Notes: generated by a model from the sequence alone, not told the origin. 64,000 nt of DNA from an uncultured Nitrospiraceae bacterium (GCA_963706325.1 CAVPLT010000007.1:128001-192000), one strand, 5' to 3'; numbered from the stretch's first letter, positions 42,070-56,575 are shown. Translations and numbers: made by a program.

Positions 42070-44553
42070 ATGGAACAGGAGACCTCGAAAAAAATTCTTC
42101 AACAATACGGAGTCGGGCCTATCCAATTTTCCGGCACGAATGATGCGCTCTATGAGCGGCATCTGACTTTCGACCACGTCGTGGATGTCAAGAAGGCCGA
42201 TGTGCAGGAGCAATTTGAAGCGGCGGCACGTGCGATCCGCGACATCATTTCACAACGCTGGATCCGGACCGAAGACACGTATGCAGAGAAGAACCCGAAG
42301 CGCGTGTATTATCTTTCGATGGAATTTCTTCTCGGGAGATCGTTTGTCAATAATGTGACCAATGCGTTGCTCCGCCCATTGACGCTAGAAGCCGCGAGAA
42401 AGAAGGGCATTGACCCGCTGACAATGCTGGCCATAGAGGCAAGGGAGCCGGATGCCGGGCTGGGGAACGGGGGGCTCGGCAGGCTGGCGGCCTGTTTCAT
42501 AGATTCGATGGCGACGATGCAGATTCCCGGGATGGGTTATGGCCTCCGCTACGAATACGGAATCTTCAAGCAAACGATCAAGGACGGCTGGCAATGCGAA
42601 CAGCCGGATAATTGGTTGCGTCGTCCCGATCCCTGGGAAGTGGCACGGCTCGAGGAATCGGTCGAAGTGAAGCTGAGCTGTTCGTTCGAGCTGCACGACG
42701 GCATATTGCGGTTGGTGCCCGGGCGGCCGTCCAGCATCATCGGCATCCCGTTCGACCGTCCCGTCGTCGGCTACGGCGGCAAGACGATCAATACGCTTCG
42801 GCTGTGGGCTGCGACGGTACCAAATTACTTCGACTTTCAACGATTCAGCAGCGGGGATTTCGTGGCCGCATTGGCCGGAACGCTGGCGGCCGAGTCGCTG
42901 ACGCGTGTGCTTTATCCCGACGACTCCACAGTTCGGGGCCAGGGGTTGCGATTCCTGCAGGAATACTTCCTGGTCGCCTGCTCGCTGGGCGATCTCGTGC
43001 GACGCTTCCGGCGTGGCAATTCCGACTGGAACGTTCTTCCCGAGAAAGTCGCCATCCAGTTGAACGACACGCACCCGACAATGGCAGTTCCAGAGCTGAT
43101 GCGAATTCTGCTGGACGACGCGCATCTCAGTTGGGACCAGGCCTGGGATCTGACGCAACGATCACTCGGGTATACAAACCATACGCTGCTGCCCGAAGCT
43201 TTGGAGAAATGGCCGCTTGAATGGTTCGAGCGCTTCGTGCCTCGGTATGCGGAAATTATCCACGAGATCAATCGCCGGCATCTTGACCAAGCGCGGGCGC
43301 GCTTCGCGGGCGACCAAGAGCGTCTCGCGTCCGTGAGTCTCATCGAAGAGGGCGCGACGCGTAAAGTCCGTATGGCCAACCTCGCTATCGTCGGAACGCA
43401 TAGCACGAACGGCGTGGCCGCCATCCACTCAGAACTGCTGCGCACGATGACGGTCAAGGATCTGGCCGAAATGTTTCCTGAGCGGTTCAACAACAAGACC
43501 AACGGGGTCACGCCGCGAAGGTGGTTGCTGTTGGCGAATCCGGCGCTCTCGGACGTTATCACCGCAGCCATTGGAGACGGATGGATCACTGATCTCGGCC
43601 AGCTGAGCAAGCTCAAGAAACTGGCCGGTGACAAGGCCTTTCGGGGCGCAGTTCGCAAGGCCAAGCGCGAGGCGAAATCGCAGTTCGCGCAGTGGCTCAA
43701 GACGACATCCGGGCAGACGGTCGATCCGGACAGCATCTTCGATTGCCAAGTGAAACGTATCCATGAGTACAAACGCCAACTGCTCAACGCCCTGCGCATC
43801 GTGGTGCTGTACAACAGGCTGAGGGAGAATCCGGACCTCAAGATGGCCCCGCGGACATTTTTCTTTGCCGGCAAGGCGGCGCCGGCATACCACTTGGCCA
43901 AGATCATCATCAAGTTCATCAATAATCTGGCCGGCACTATCGATGGAGATCCGATCGTCCGCGGACGACTGAAGGTCGTGTTTCTACCGGAATACAGCGT
44001 GTCGCTTGCCGAGCGGCTGATTCCGGCCGCCGATGTCTCCAACCAGATTTCGACGGCCGGCTACGAGGCCAGTGGTACGAGCAATATGAAGTTCATGATG
44101 AACGGAGCCCTGACGCTGGGGACATGCGACGGCGCGACCATCGAAATGGCGGAAGAAGTGGGTGAAGAACACTTCTTCATGTTCGGCCTCACCGCGGACC
44201 AAGTGGCCGCCAGCAGGGGCTGGTACAGCCCGGGCTGGCATTATGACAACGAAGCGGAGACTCGCGCGGCGCTGGACCTCCTCTTCTCCGGTCACTTCAG
44301 TCAGTATGAACCTGGCGTCTTCGAACCGCTGCGGCACACGTTGTTGACCGGTGGAGACCACTACATGCACCTGGCGGACCTCACGGCCTATCTCAGGGCC
44401 GACCGGAAGCTGTGCGATCTGTACGGCGACTCGGATGGATGGACGCGTAAAGCGATCTTGAATATCGCCGGCTCAGGGAAGTTCTCCAGTGACCGCACGA
44501 TCGCCGAGTATGCAGCCGACATTTGGAATGTGAAGGCCTGTCCCGTCTCCTGA
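42070..44553 (+). CDS. glgP: Glycogen/alpha-glucan phosphorylase
   Basis: DAGLGNGGLGRLAAC, QLNDTHP, KRIHEYKRQ, EASGTSNMK, KFSSDRTIAEYA. Confidence 0.96.
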   Translation: MEQETSKKILQQYGVGPIQFSGTNDALYERHLTFDHVVDVKKADVQEQFEAAARAIRDIISQRWIRTEDTYAEKNPKRVYYLSMEFLLGRSFVNNVTNALLRPLTLEAARKKGIDPLTMLAIEAREPDAGLGNGGLGRLAACFIDSMATMQIPGMGYGLRYEYGIFKQTIKDGWQCEQPDNWLRRPDPWEVARLEESVEVKLSCSFELHDGILRLVPGRPSSIIGIPFDRPVVGYGGKTINTLRLWAATVPNYFDFQRFSSGDFVAALAGTLAAESLTRVLYPDDSTVRGQGLRFLQEYFLVACSLGDLVRRFRRGNSDWNVLPEKVAIQLNDTHPTMAVPELMRILLDDAHLSWDQAWDLTQRSLGYTNHTLLPEALEKWPLEWFERFVPRYAEIIHEINRRHLDQARARFAGDQERLASVSLIEEGATRKVRMANLAIVGTHSTNGVAAIHSELLRTMTVKDLAEMFPERFNNKTNGVTPRRWLLLANPALSDVITAAIGDGWITDLGQLSKLKKLAGDKAFRGAVRKAKREAKSQFAQWLKTTSGQTVDPDSIFDCQVKRIHEYKRQLLNALRIVVLYNRLRENPDLKMAPRTFFFAGKAAPAYHLAKIIIKFINNLAGTIDGDPIVRGRLKVVFLPEYSVSLAERLIPAADVSNQISTAGYEASGTSNMKFMMNGALTLGTCDGATIEMAEEVGEEHFFMFGLTADQVAASRGWYSPGWHYDNEAETRAALDLLFSGHFSQYEPGVFEPLRHTLLTGGDHYMHLADLTAYLRADRKLCDLYGDSDGWTRKAILNIAGSGKFSSDRTIAEYAADIWNVKACPVS

Positions 44554-44685
44554 TGCAACGACGTGCTGTCATAGGGGGAGGATTGCGCCATGGAATCCGA
44601 ACAGCTCATGAATATTGGTTGAGGTCACGTTGGATGGGGGACTCTGGGTAGGACCGGAAGTCATGAAAAAACCCGGGAGGTTGTT

Positions 44686-45457
44686 TTGACGAAGGATGGG
44701 GTACAAGGTGATCAAACAAAAGATCGCAGTCCGGCTGGACTCCCTGATTCCGGCGAGGCGATAAGTCTCGACGATCAAACGCAGGTTATCCAGATTCTCG
44801 GGCAATCCGTGCAGGGACTGTGGGAGGTGGTCAATAATCTTACACGGCTTCGGCCGAAGAAACGGGCGGAGTTCCGCGTCACGATTTTCGGATCGGCCCG
44901 CATTCCACGCGAACACTGGGTGTTTGGCGCGGTTCGCGACCTGGCTAAGGAATTGGGTCGGATGGGCTGTGGCATTGTGACCGGTGGCGGGCCGGGTTTG
45001 ATGGAGGCGGCCAATGAAGGGGCAGCGTTAGCCGGACCGGCCGCGCAAAGGTGGAGTGCTGGCATTCGCGTGCATCTGCCCTTCGAGCAGGAAGCCAATC
45101 CGTTCGTTGGTCAAGCCTACGAACACCGTACGTTCTTTTCGAGACTCCATCATTTCGTCCTGGTGTCGGACGCGTTCGTTGTCGTCCCGGAGGAATTGGC
45201 ACGGTGTTGGAGCTCGCTATGATCTGGCAACTCCTTCAAGTGCGCAAATTGGACCAAACGCCTCTGGTTTTGATCGGACCCATGTGGGCAGAATTCATCA
45301 AGTGGGGGCAGCAGTATTTCCTGAGGCCGGAGTTTGAACTGGCCGGACCTGCAGATCGCAAGATTCCTCAATGCGTGGAAACCGCTGCAGAAGCAGTGGC
45401 GATCATTCGTCCTCACTACGAACAATGGCTATGTGATTCGGGTTTGCAGGCGAAGCC

Positions 45458-45461
<4 letters not shown>
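44686..45461 (+). pseudogene. LOG family (Rossmann-like, lysine-decarboxylase-like) protein with a 1-nt deletion at ~45189
   Basis: VTIFGSARI, TGGGPGLMEAANEGA; the PGGxGTxxE motif is restored only by adding a G in GTCCCGG-AGGA. Confidence 0.82.
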
Positions 45462-48250
<2,789 letters not shown>

Positions 48251-48358
48251 AGCCGGTCACGGTCCCCCTGGTTGAATGGGGGTCGCAATCAATGCTGCGG
48301 ACGCAGCTGATGGCGTCCGCACGGCGCAGTAGTCGCGCTCAGGTTCGGTAGGCTTCTA

Positions 48359-48943
48359 ATGGCTGTTCCAGCGCAACAGGTGTTTCTCGTACGTCACGGT
48401 GAAACGGAGTGGAGTCTCAACGGACGACACACCGGTACCACCGACATTCCGCTGACCGAACACGGACGGGAGGTGGCCAGATTGTTGCGACCCATCCTCG
48501 CAAAGGAGTCGTTCGCGCTGGCTCTGACGAGTCCTCTCTTGCGAGCCCGGGATACCTGCCAGCTCGCAGGTTTCGGAGAGGTGGCAAAAGTCGAGCCCGA
48601 TCTGATGGAGTGGAACTATGGGAGCTATGAAGGATTGACGCCTGCTCAGATTCATGCGACGGCACCGGGCTGGCTGCTCTTTCGAGATGGCGGCCCGGGG
48701 GGAGAACAGCCAGGGGAAATCGGCGCACGGGTCGATCGTGTGATTGAGAGCGCGCGAGCCGTCGAGGGCGATGTCATATTGTTCGCCCATGGGCACGTGC
48801 TCAGAGTCCTTGCTGCTCGTTGGTTGGGCCTCCCCCCTTCACAGGGCCAACGCTTTTTGCTCGGTACGGCGACCATGAACATCTTGAGCTATTATCGCGG
48901 CGTTCCGGCGATCAAGCGATGGAACGCACCGGTTCAGTTCTGA
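48359..48943 (+). CDS. Histidine phosphatase (phosphoglycerate mutase-like) family protein
   Basis: VRHGETEWS, SPLLRA, EWNYGSYEG, AHGH. Confidence 0.9.
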   Translation: MAVPAQQVFLVRHGETEWSLNGRHTGTTDIPLTEHGREVARLLRPILAKESFALALTSPLLRARDTCQLAGFGEVAKVEPDLMEWNYGSYEGLTPAQIHATAPGWLLFRDGGPGGEQPGEIGARVDRVIESARAVEGDVILFAHGHVLRVLAARWLGLPPSQGQRFLLGTATMNILSYYRGVPAIKRWNAPVQF

Positions 48944-49008
48944 GCGCGCGACGGCGTCAGTGAGAAGAGCCACATGCGGAACCGTTGGAATGCTAAGGAG
49001 GTGATGCG

Positions 49009-50649
49009 ATGACGAGCGGTGCCGGTCCACTCACGCAAGGCGCTGCCTGGAATGCCCTTCGCGAACATTACGAAGCGATCAGGGCCGTGCATATGCGGGA
49101 TCTGTTTGCGAAAGATCCCGGGCGCGGCGCCCGCTTGGTGTGCGACACGCAGGGGATCTACCTCGACTATTCAAAAAACCGCCTCACGGATGACACGATG
49201 CGGCTGCTGCTCGATCTCGCGGGCGCGGCCGGCTTGCGCTCGGGTATCGACGCGATGTTTCGCGGCGACAAGCTCAATGTGACGGAGAACCGCGCGGTCC
49301 TCCACGTCGCGCTGCGTGCCCCTTCCGGCGCCACCATTAAAGTGGGCGGCGAAAACGTGGTGCCGAAGGTCCACGCGGTGATCGAGAAAATGGCCGGTTT
49401 CGCAAACCGCGTCCGCAGCGGCGAGTGGAAAGGTCATACCGGCAAGCGCATTCGGAATGTCGTGAACATCGGCATCGGAGGCTCGGATCTTGGACCAGTT
49501 ATGGCCTATGAGGCGCTACGGGCGTACAGCGATCGCGCGCTGACGGTTCGTTTCGTCTCCAACGTTGATGCGACCGATGTCGCCGAGTCGACGCGGGACA
49601 TCGATCCGGCGGAGACTCTGTTCATTGTCTGCTCGAAGACCTTCACCACGCAGGAGACCCTTGCCAACGCGCAGACCGCGCGTGCCTGGTGCCTCCAAGC
49701 GCTCAAGAGCGACAAGGCCGTGGCCCGCCACTTCGTGGCCGTGTCCACGAATGCGGACGAAGTCGCGAAATTCGGAATCGATCCCGCCAACATGTTTGAA
49801 TTCTGGGATTGGGTCGGAGGCCGCTACTCGCTGCCCTCGGCCATCGGTCTCTCGCTGATGGTCGCCATCGGACCTGAACGGTTTCGTGAAATGCTGGCCG
49901 GGTACCATGCAATGGACGAGCATTTCAGGACCGCCCCGTTCGACAAGAACCTGCCGGTGCTGCTGGGACTCATCGGGCTTTGGTACGTGAATTTCTTCGG
50001 CGCCGAGTCCCAAGCGATTTTGCCCTATGATCACTACCTCGGCCGGTTGAGCGCCTATCTGCAACAGCTCGACATGGAGAGCAACGGGAAGCGCGTGGAC
50101 CGGGATGGGAGCGTGGTGAATTACCAGACGGGCCCGGTCATCTGGGGGCAGCCCGGCACCAACGGCCAGCATGCGTATTACCAGTTAATCCATCAGGGCA
50201 CGCGGTTGATCCCATGCGACTTCATCGGTTTCTGCCGGTCGCTCAATCCCATGGGACAGCATCACGATCTGCTGGCGTCCAATCTCTTCGCGCAGACAGA
50301 GGCGCTGGCCTTTGGCAAAACCGCCGCGGAAGTGGAGGCTGAAGGAGCGCCTCCGGCTCTCGTGCCGCACCAGACGTTTCCGGGCAACCGCCCGACGAAT
50401 ACCATCCTGATTGAGCAACTGACACCGGAGATGTTCGGGAAGTTGATCGCGCTCTACGAACACAAGGTTTTCGTCCAGGGCACGATCTGGCGTATCAACT
50501 CGTTCGACCAGTGGGGCGTGGAGCTCGGCAAAGTGCTGGCCAAACGGATCACGCCGGAATTGACGAGCGTAACGGACTCCGAGCTCCGGCACGACAGCTC
50601 GACCAACGCGTTGATCCGGCGTTACCGTCGGCTTCGCCTGCCGAGCTGA
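49009..50649 (+). CDS. pgi: Glucose-6-phosphate isomerase
   Basis: [44 protein letters not shown]. Confidence 0.97.
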   Translation: MTSGAGPLTQGAAWNALREHYEAIRAVHMRDLFAKDPGRGARLVCDTQGIYLDYSKNRLTDDTMRLLLDLAGAAGLRSGIDAMFRGDKLNVTENRAVLHVALRAPSGATIKVGGENVVPKVHAVIEKMAGFANRVRSGEWKGHTGKRIRNVVNIGIGGSDLGPVMAYEALRAYSDRALTVRFVSNVDATDVAESTRDIDPAETLFIVCSKTFTTQETLANAQTARAWCLQALKSDKAVARHFVAVSTNADEVAKFGIDPANMFEFWDWVGGRYSLPSAIGLSLMVAIGPERFREMLAGYHAMDEHFRTAPFDKNLPVLLGLIGLWYVNFFGAESQAILPYDHYLGRLSAYLQQLDMESNGKRVDRDGSVVNYQTGPVIWGQPGTNGQHAYYQLIHQGTRLIPCDFIGFCRSLNPMGQHHDLLASNLFAQTEALAFGKTAAEVEAEGAPPALVPHQTFPGNRPTNTILIEQLTPEMFGKLIALYEHKVFVQGTIWRINSFDQWGVELGKVLAKRITPELTSVTDSELRHDSSTNALIRRYRRLRLPS

Positions 50650-50691
50650 CACCTCGTTCCGCTGGCAACACCTTAATCCGAAAGGCTTGCG

Positions 50692-52755
50692 ATGACTCGT
50701 GAACAGCTCGACCAACTCTGCATCAACACCATCCGGACATTGTCCATGGATGCCGTTCAGCAGGCCAACTCAGGCCATCCCGGGACGCCCATGGCCTTGG
50801 CGCCTGTGGTCTATTGTCTGTGGCAGCGATTTCTGCGTTTCGATCCGCAGGACCCGATCTGGCCCAATCGAGACCGTTTTGTCCTGTCCGTCGGCCACGC
50901 CTCGATGCTCTTGTACTCCCTGCTTCATCTCACCGGGGTGAGGGCCGTGAGCAAAGAATACGAGACCCTCGGTGAACTGTCGGTCCCGTTGGATGCGATC
51001 AAGCGGTTTCGTCAATGGGAGAGCCGCTGCCCTGGTCATCCGGAGTACCGGTGGACCTCCGGGGTCGAAACCACAACCGGACCTCTCGGGCAGGGGATTT
51101 CGAACAGCGTGGGCATGGCCTTGGCCGGCCGCTGGATGGCTGAGCATTTCAATCGGCCCGGCTTCGAAGACATGATCAATTTTAACGTCTACGCCTTGTG
51201 CGGGGACGGTGACATGATGGAGGGGATTTCGCACGAGGCCGCTTCGATGGCCGGACACTTGGGCATCTCGAACCTCTGCTGGATCTATGACAACAATCAC
51301 ATCACGATCGAAGGCAACACCGCGCTGTCTTTTTCGGACGATGTCGCAACACGGTTCGTCGCCTATGGCTGGAATGTCACTCGCGTCGGTGACGCCAACG
51401 ACCTCGTGATGCTCGAGCGGGCATTCCGCACCTTCCAGAGGACGACAGATCGGCCGACGCTGATCATCGTGGATAGCCACATCGCGTATGGGGCGCCCAA
51501 CAAACAAGACACCTCGGCGGCTCACGGAGAACCGCTCGGCGAAGAGGAAATCAGACAGACCAAGAGACATTACGGATGGCCGGAGGACGCCAAATTCCAT
51601 ATTCCAGACGGTGTCTATGAGCACTTTCGGCAAGGGGTCGGCGCTCAAGGGAAGGTGTCCCGCGACGCATGGTTCACGCGCATCAACGAGTACAAAGCCA
51701 AGTATCCGGAGCTGGCCGATCAATTGTACCGGATGCAACACCGGCAGTTGCCCGATGGATGGGACAAAGACCTGCCTGCTTTTCCAGCCGACGCCAAGGG
51801 CATGGCCACGCGGGTCTCGTCCGGGAAGGTGTTGAACGAGCTGGGAAAACGCGTGCCCTGGTTGATGGGCGGGTCGGCGGATCTGGCTCCTTCGGCAAAA
51901 ACGCGGTTGACGTTTGAGGGGGCGGGCGATGTGTCTGCCGAGACTCCCGGCGGCCGCAATCTTCACTTCGGTATTCGCGAGCATGCGATGGCGGCAATCC
52001 TGAACGGGATGGCCCTGGTGAAAGTCAGGGCCTATGGTTCCGGTTTCCTGATTTTCAGTGATTATGCCAGAGGTGGGATCCGGCTCGGCGCAATCATGGA
52101 ATTGCCCGTCATTCATATTTTCACGCACGACTCGATTGCCGTGGGAGAAGACGGGCCGACACATCAGCCGGTCGAACATCTCGCCTCGTTGCGCGCGATG
52201 CCCGGGCTGATTGTCCTAAGGCCGGCCGATGCGAATGAGGTGCTGGAAGCCTGGCGCGTGATCATGAATTTGCATCACAAGCCGGTGGCTCTCCTCCTCA
52301 CCCGCCAGGACGTGCCGACATTGGATCGGAGCAAGTATTCCTCTGCCTCGGGCTTGGCGCAGGGAGCCTACGTCCTGGCCGATAGCCCGGATGGACAACA
52401 GCCCGACGTCATCCTCATCGGAACCGGTAGTGAAGTCTCGCTCTGTGTCGCGGCCTACGAACAGCTCAAGTCCGAACGAATCAAGGCTCGGGTCGTGAGC
52501 ATGCCCTCGTGGGAACTGTTCGAGCAGCAGGAACAATCCTATCGCGACAAGGTGCTGCCGCCGGCGGTGAAGGCTCGCGTAGCGGTTGAACAGGCGTCCA
52601 CGTTCGGATGGGAGCGGTACGTCGATAAGTCGGGTCGGATCATCGGGATGAACTCGTTCGGCGCGTCGGCTCCGCTCAAGGAGCTTCAGAAGAAGTTCGG
52701 GTTTGAGCCGGAGCAGGTCGTGGCGGCGGCGAAAGATGTCCTTGGCAGGGAGTGA
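50692..52755 (+). CDS. tkt: Transketolase
   Basis: SGHPGTPM, GVETTTGPLGQG, GDGDMMEG, HFGIREHAM, GEDGPTHQP. Confidence 0.97.
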   Translation: MTREQLDQLCINTIRTLSMDAVQQANSGHPGTPMALAPVVYCLWQRFLRFDPQDPIWPNRDRFVLSVGHASMLLYSLLHLTGVRAVSKEYETLGELSVPLDAIKRFRQWESRCPGHPEYRWTSGVETTTGPLGQGISNSVGMALAGRWMAEHFNRPGFEDMINFNVYALCGDGDMMEGISHEAASMAGHLGISNLCWIYDNNHITIEGNTALSFSDDVATRFVAYGWNVTRVGDANDLVMLERAFRTFQRTTDRPTLIIVDSHIAYGAPNKQDTSAAHGEPLGEEEIRQTKRHYGWPEDAKFHIPDGVYEHFRQGVGAQGKVSRDAWFTRINEYKAKYPELADQLYRMQHRQLPDGWDKDLPAFPADAKGMATRVSSGKVLNELGKRVPWLMGGSADLAPSAKTRLTFEGAGDVSAETPGGRNLHFGIREHAMAAILNGMALVKVRAYGSGFLIFSDYARGGIRLGAIMELPVIHIFTHDSIAVGEDGPTHQPVEHLASLRAMPGLIVLRPADANEVLEAWRVIMNLHHKPVALLLTRQDVPTLDRSKYSSASGLAQGAYVLADSPDGQQPDVILIGTGSEVSLCVAAYEQLKSERIKARVVSMPSWELFEQQEQSYRDKVLPPAVKARVAVEQASTFGWERYVDKSGRIIGMNSFGASAPLKELQKKFGFEPEQVVAAAKDVLGRE

Positions 52756-52822
52756 TCAGCGGGGCCATCGAGGCACTCGAAGACGCAGGGATGATCGCGG
52801 ACCGGGCCGCGGAAGGGCGACC

Positions 52823-54895
52823 ATGAAGACCATTGGTAACAGCTCACCCCTGGGCGCAACGATCGGTCGTGGCGGCGTTAACTTCAGTCTCTTTTCGCGT
52901 GACGCGACAGGCGTGGAGTTGCTCTTGTTTGATGGGCCGGAGGACGCCAAACCGGGGCGCGTGGTCAGCCTTGACCCGGTTACCAACCACACCTACCATT
53001 ACTGGCATGTGTTCGTGCCTGACGCAGGGCCCGGACAGATTTACGGCTATCGCGCTCAAGGCATGTTTGATCCTGCAAGAGGAATGCGATTTGATCCAGC
53101 CAAAGTCCTGCTCGATCCATACGGCCGCGGCGTCGTTGTGCCGAAGGCCTACAGTCGGGACTCGGCCGCTCGGGAAGGTAACAATGCCGCGATGGCCATG
53201 AAGAGTGTGGTGATCGACCCATTGGCTTACGATTGGGAAGGTGATTCGCCGCTCAAACGGCCCGCTTCGCGGACGATAGTCTACGAGATGCACGTGCGGG
53301 GATTCACCCGCCATTCCAGTTCCGGCGTCGCTGAGAACAGACGGGGCACTTATGCCGGTTTGATCGAGAAGATACCGTATCTTCAGCAACTCGGCATCAC
53401 CGCCGTCGAACTTCTTCCGGTCTTCCAGTTCGATGCTCAGGACTGCCCGCCGGGAAAAATCAATTACTGGGGCTATGCCCCGGTTTCGTTCTTCGCCCCT
53501 CACCAGGCCTACAGCTCGCGGCAGGATCTGCATGGCCCCGTTGATGAATTTCGAGATATGGTCAAGGCGCTGCACCGAGCCGGCATCGAGATCATTCTCG
53601 ATGTCGTGTTCAACCACACGGCAGAAGGCGACCACTCCGGGCCGACTCTAAGCTTCCGTGGTCTGGACAACAGGACCTACTATCTTCTGGATCAGGATCA
53701 GGCGCGGTACGCCGACTACACCGGCACGGGGAACACGCTGAACTCGAATCAGCCGATCGTCCGCCGCATGATCGTCGACAGCCTCCGCTATTGGGTCGAT
53801 GAGATGCATGTGGATGGATTCCGGTTCGATCTCGCGTCCATCCTCGCGCGAGGCGAGTCGGGTGCAGTGATGGCGGATGCGCCGGTCCTGTGGGATATCG
53901 AAACGGACCCGTCTATGGCCGGTGTGAAGTTTATTGCCGAAGCCTGGGATGCGGCGGGGCTCTACCAGGTGGGTAGTTTTATCGGGGATAGTTGGAAGGA
54001 ATGGAACGGACGGTTCCGCGACGATGCCCGCAGTTTCTTCCGCGGTGAAGACGGTTCGCTGGCGCGCTTTGCCGACCGCTTGGCCGGAAGCCCGGAGATC
54101 TACGGACACAAGCAGCGTGAGCCCGAGCAAAGCGTGAACTTCGTGACCTGTCACGACGGGTTCACGCTCAACGACCTTGTCTCCTATGATCAGAAGCACA
54201 ACGAGGGCAACGGCGAACGCAACCGGGATGGAGCCAACGACAATCGGAGCTGGAACTGCGGCGTCGAAGGTCCGACAGACGACCCCGTGGTGGAACGGCT
54301 GCGGAACCGGCAGGTGAAGAATTTCCTGACCGTCACGCTGCTTTCTCTGGGGCTGCCCATGATTCTCATGGGAGACGAGGTGCGGCGCACCCAGCGCGGC
54401 AACAACAATGCCTACTGCCATGACGATGACACGAACTGGTTCGACTGGACGCTGGTCGCCAAACATGCAGACGTGCATCGGTTCGTTACACTGCTTAACG
54501 CACGCCGAGTCTTGCGGGACGAGGAGCATGAGCGCCAGCGCTTGAGCCTGACTCAGCTGATCCGGCAGGCTAACAAATCCTGGCATGGCGTCAAGCTCGG
54601 CCAGCCGGACTGGAGTCCCCGGTCGCATAGCATTGCGCTCAGCGCGGAGCTGCGGAAGGAAGGGCTCCTCTTTTGCATGATCTTGAACGGCTACTGGGAA
54701 CGGCTTGAGTTCGAGCTCCCCCCTTCGAGCAACGGCCGCGTGAATCAGTGGCGCCGTTGGATCGACACGGCGCTCGACTCACCTCTGGACATCGTTCCAT
54801 GGCGAACCGCTCCGTCGATTTCCGGCTCGACGTATCGGGCGGAGGCGCGCTCTGTGGTGGTGCTGTTCGCCGATTTGGCAGGGGGAGGAAGGTAA
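52823..54895 (+). CDS. glgX: Glycogen debranching enzyme (isoamylase, GH13)
   Basis: YEMHVRGFT, NYWGY, DVVFNHTAEG, DGFRFDLA, AEAWD, TCHDGFTL, QRGNNNAYC. Confidence 0.95.
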   Translation: MKTIGNSSPLGATIGRGGVNFSLFSRDATGVELLLFDGPEDAKPGRVVSLDPVTNHTYHYWHVFVPDAGPGQIYGYRAQGMFDPARGMRFDPAKVLLDPYGRGVVVPKAYSRDSAAREGNNAAMAMKSVVIDPLAYDWEGDSPLKRPASRTIVYEMHVRGFTRHSSSGVAENRRGTYAGLIEKIPYLQQLGITAVELLPVFQFDAQDCPPGKINYWGYAPVSFFAPHQAYSSRQDLHGPVDEFRDMVKALHRAGIEIILDVVFNHTAEGDHSGPTLSFRGLDNRTYYLLDQDQARYADYTGTGNTLNSNQPIVRRMIVDSLRYWVDEMHVDGFRFDLASILARGESGAVMADAPVLWDIETDPSMAGVKFIAEAWDAAGLYQVGSFIGDSWKEWNGRFRDDARSFFRGEDGSLARFADRLAGSPEIYGHKQREPEQSVNFVTCHDGFTLNDLVSYDQKHNEGNGERNRDGANDNRSWNCGVEGPTDDPVVERLRNRQVKNFLTVTLLSLGLPMILMGDEVRRTQRGNNNAYCHDDDTNWFDWTLVAKHADVHRFVTLLNARRVLRDEEHERQRLSLTQLIRQANKSWHGVKLGQPDWSPRSHSIALSAELRKEGLLFCMILNGYWERLEFELPPSSNGRVNQWRRWIDTALDSPLDIVPWRTAPSISGSTYRAEARSVVVLFADLAGGGR

Positions 54896-54956
54896 GCGAT
54901 GGGGCTGACCTCTTGATACGGCGGAGAGTAATCAATTCGCTGATCTGATACGAGTA

Positions 54957-55789
54957 GAAACGGAGAAAATAATGGTGAAAGAGAAGCTGCCGGAAGGCAA
55001 TGGCAAGGCCAAACTCAAGGGCAAAGAATATGAAAAGGAAATACGCCGGCTTCAGGCCAAGCTTTGCGACCTTCAGGCCTGGGTGAAGCATAAAGGGCTG
55101 CGCGTGATGGTCTTGTTTGAAGGCCGTGACGGCGCGGGGAAGGGCGGCACGATTCGAGCCATCACGGAACGCGTGAGTCCGCGCGTGTTCCGTGTGGTGG
55201 CGCTCCCGGCGCCCACGGATCGCGAGAAGACCCAGATGTACATGCAGCGGTACATGGCGCACTTCCCGGCGGCCGGCGAGATCGTCATTTTTGACCGCAG
55301 CTGGTATAACCGCGCGGGGGTCGAACACGTCATGGGGTTTTGTACGAAAGAGCAGTACCGCGGCTTTCTGGAGCACTGTTCGGTTGTCGAGAAGTACATC
55401 GTCGACGCCGGAATCATCCTGGTCAAGTATTGGCTGGAGGTAAGCAACCAGGAGCAGGAACGGCGATTCGAAGCTCGCATCGAAGACCCCTTGCGCCAGT
55501 GGAAGCTCAGTCCGATGGATTTGCCGTCCCGCGAGAAATGGTACGACTACTCCCATGCCCGCGACCGCATGCTGGAGGCGACCGATACGACGCACGCCCC
55601 CTGGCATCTGGTGCATTCGGATGACAAGAAACGAGCGCGCCTCAACTGCATCAGCCATTTGCTCTCACGGATCCCTTACAAGGACCTTCGGCGGGAGAAA
55701 CTCAAGATACCCCAGCGATCCAAGAAAGGCGCCTACGACGATCACGCCACCTTGCAAAGTAGAAATTTTGTACGAGAGGTGTATTGATG
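54957..55789 (+). repeat. 833-bp direct repeat, copy B
   Basis: Matches 36999-37831. Confidence 0.92.
54972..55787 (+). CDS. ppk2: Polyphosphate kinase 2, class I (second copy, identical protein)
   Basis: Protein identical to 37014..37829. Confidence 0.93.
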   Translation: MVKEKLPEGNGKAKLKGKEYEKEIRRLQAKLCDLQAWVKHKGLRVMVLFEGRDGAGKGGTIRAITERVSPRVFRVVALPAPTDREKTQMYMQRYMAHFPAAGEIVIFDRSWYNRAGVEHVMGFCTKEQYRGFLEHCSVVEKYIVDAGIILVKYWLEVSNQEQERRFEARIEDPLRQWKLSPMDLPSREKWYDYSHARDRMLEATDTTHAPWHLVHSDDKKRARLNCISHLLSRIPYKDLRREKLKIPQRSKKGAYDDHATLQSRNFVREVY

Positions 55790-55838
55790 CTTGAAGCGGT
55801 CAGCCGATGTCCCGGGTAAGAAAGCATCGCATCTCTCA

Positions 55839-56255
55839 TCAGCGGCTGAGGATCATGGGCGAGAGCTTATCGAGTCTCAGACGGCGGTCGATTCCGTGAT
55901 AGAGATGGTAGCCGCCGATGACTAAGCCGACCGTAATGACTCTAGCCAATGCGACGTTGAGATCAACCTGCGCCCACGCTTCCGAGACAGCGTCGCCGAG
56001 CGTCCCGGTGTCCCGGTAGACATGCCATATCCTCTCGGCGAACAGGATGGGGGCGCTGACGGCGCAATAGACCAGCGTCTTGCACAGCGTGGCCACCCAG
56101 ATTGGGTGGCTGGCGTCCAGAGGGGTGGCGATGGGGGTCATGTCGAGGAGCATAATCACCTTCGCGAGGGCAAACGCGCCGATCACCGTCGGCCCGAGGG
56201 CTGAGAACTCGATCTGATAACTCGCCAGAACTAGTTTCTTGAGCGTCGTGAAATA
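55839..56255 (-). pseudogene. 5'-truncated copy of the membrane-protein gene at 62968..63462
   Basis: Aligns from FTTLKKLVLAS to ILSR with the intact paralog; first TM helix and start replaced by unrelated sequence. Confidence 0.72.
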
Positions 56256-56329
56256 CCAAAACCACCCCATCCTGCGGAAGCACTTGCTTCCAGACGTGCG
56301 AATGGCCCTGCGTCTTGAGACGCTTACAG

Positions 56330-56575
56330 AGCATTGCTGCCTCTGCAGAAACGTCCGTTGACATAGATAGACATGTTGGGCAAGCACATGCGCAGGATTC
56401 GGCCAGCGCTTTTCTCTGTACGTCCATCATACAGACGCGGAGCGTGAATGGGTTGTATGATCGCACCCCTATCGGTTACTTGGACAAAGGTCTCGTCGAA
56501 GCCGAGGCCAAGAGATGGACGGTCGTGGGTATGAAGAAAGATTGGAATCGGGTGTGTCCATCCAAGGAGCCGTGA
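56330..56575 (+). pseudogene. C-terminal remnant of a HAD-family (NapD-like) hydrolase
   Basis: Across a frameshift: LYVHHTDAEREW / LYDRTPIGYLDKGLVEAEAKRWTVVGMKKDWNRV, the characteristic C-terminus of this family. Confidence 0.65.

Noticed and set aside
50770..52179. Long antisense ORFs (also 1266-2534, 42912-44042, 53648-54628, 54639-55658, 60528-61751)
   Set aside because: Shadows of well-supported genes on the opposite strand in GC-rich DNA, with no recognisable motifs
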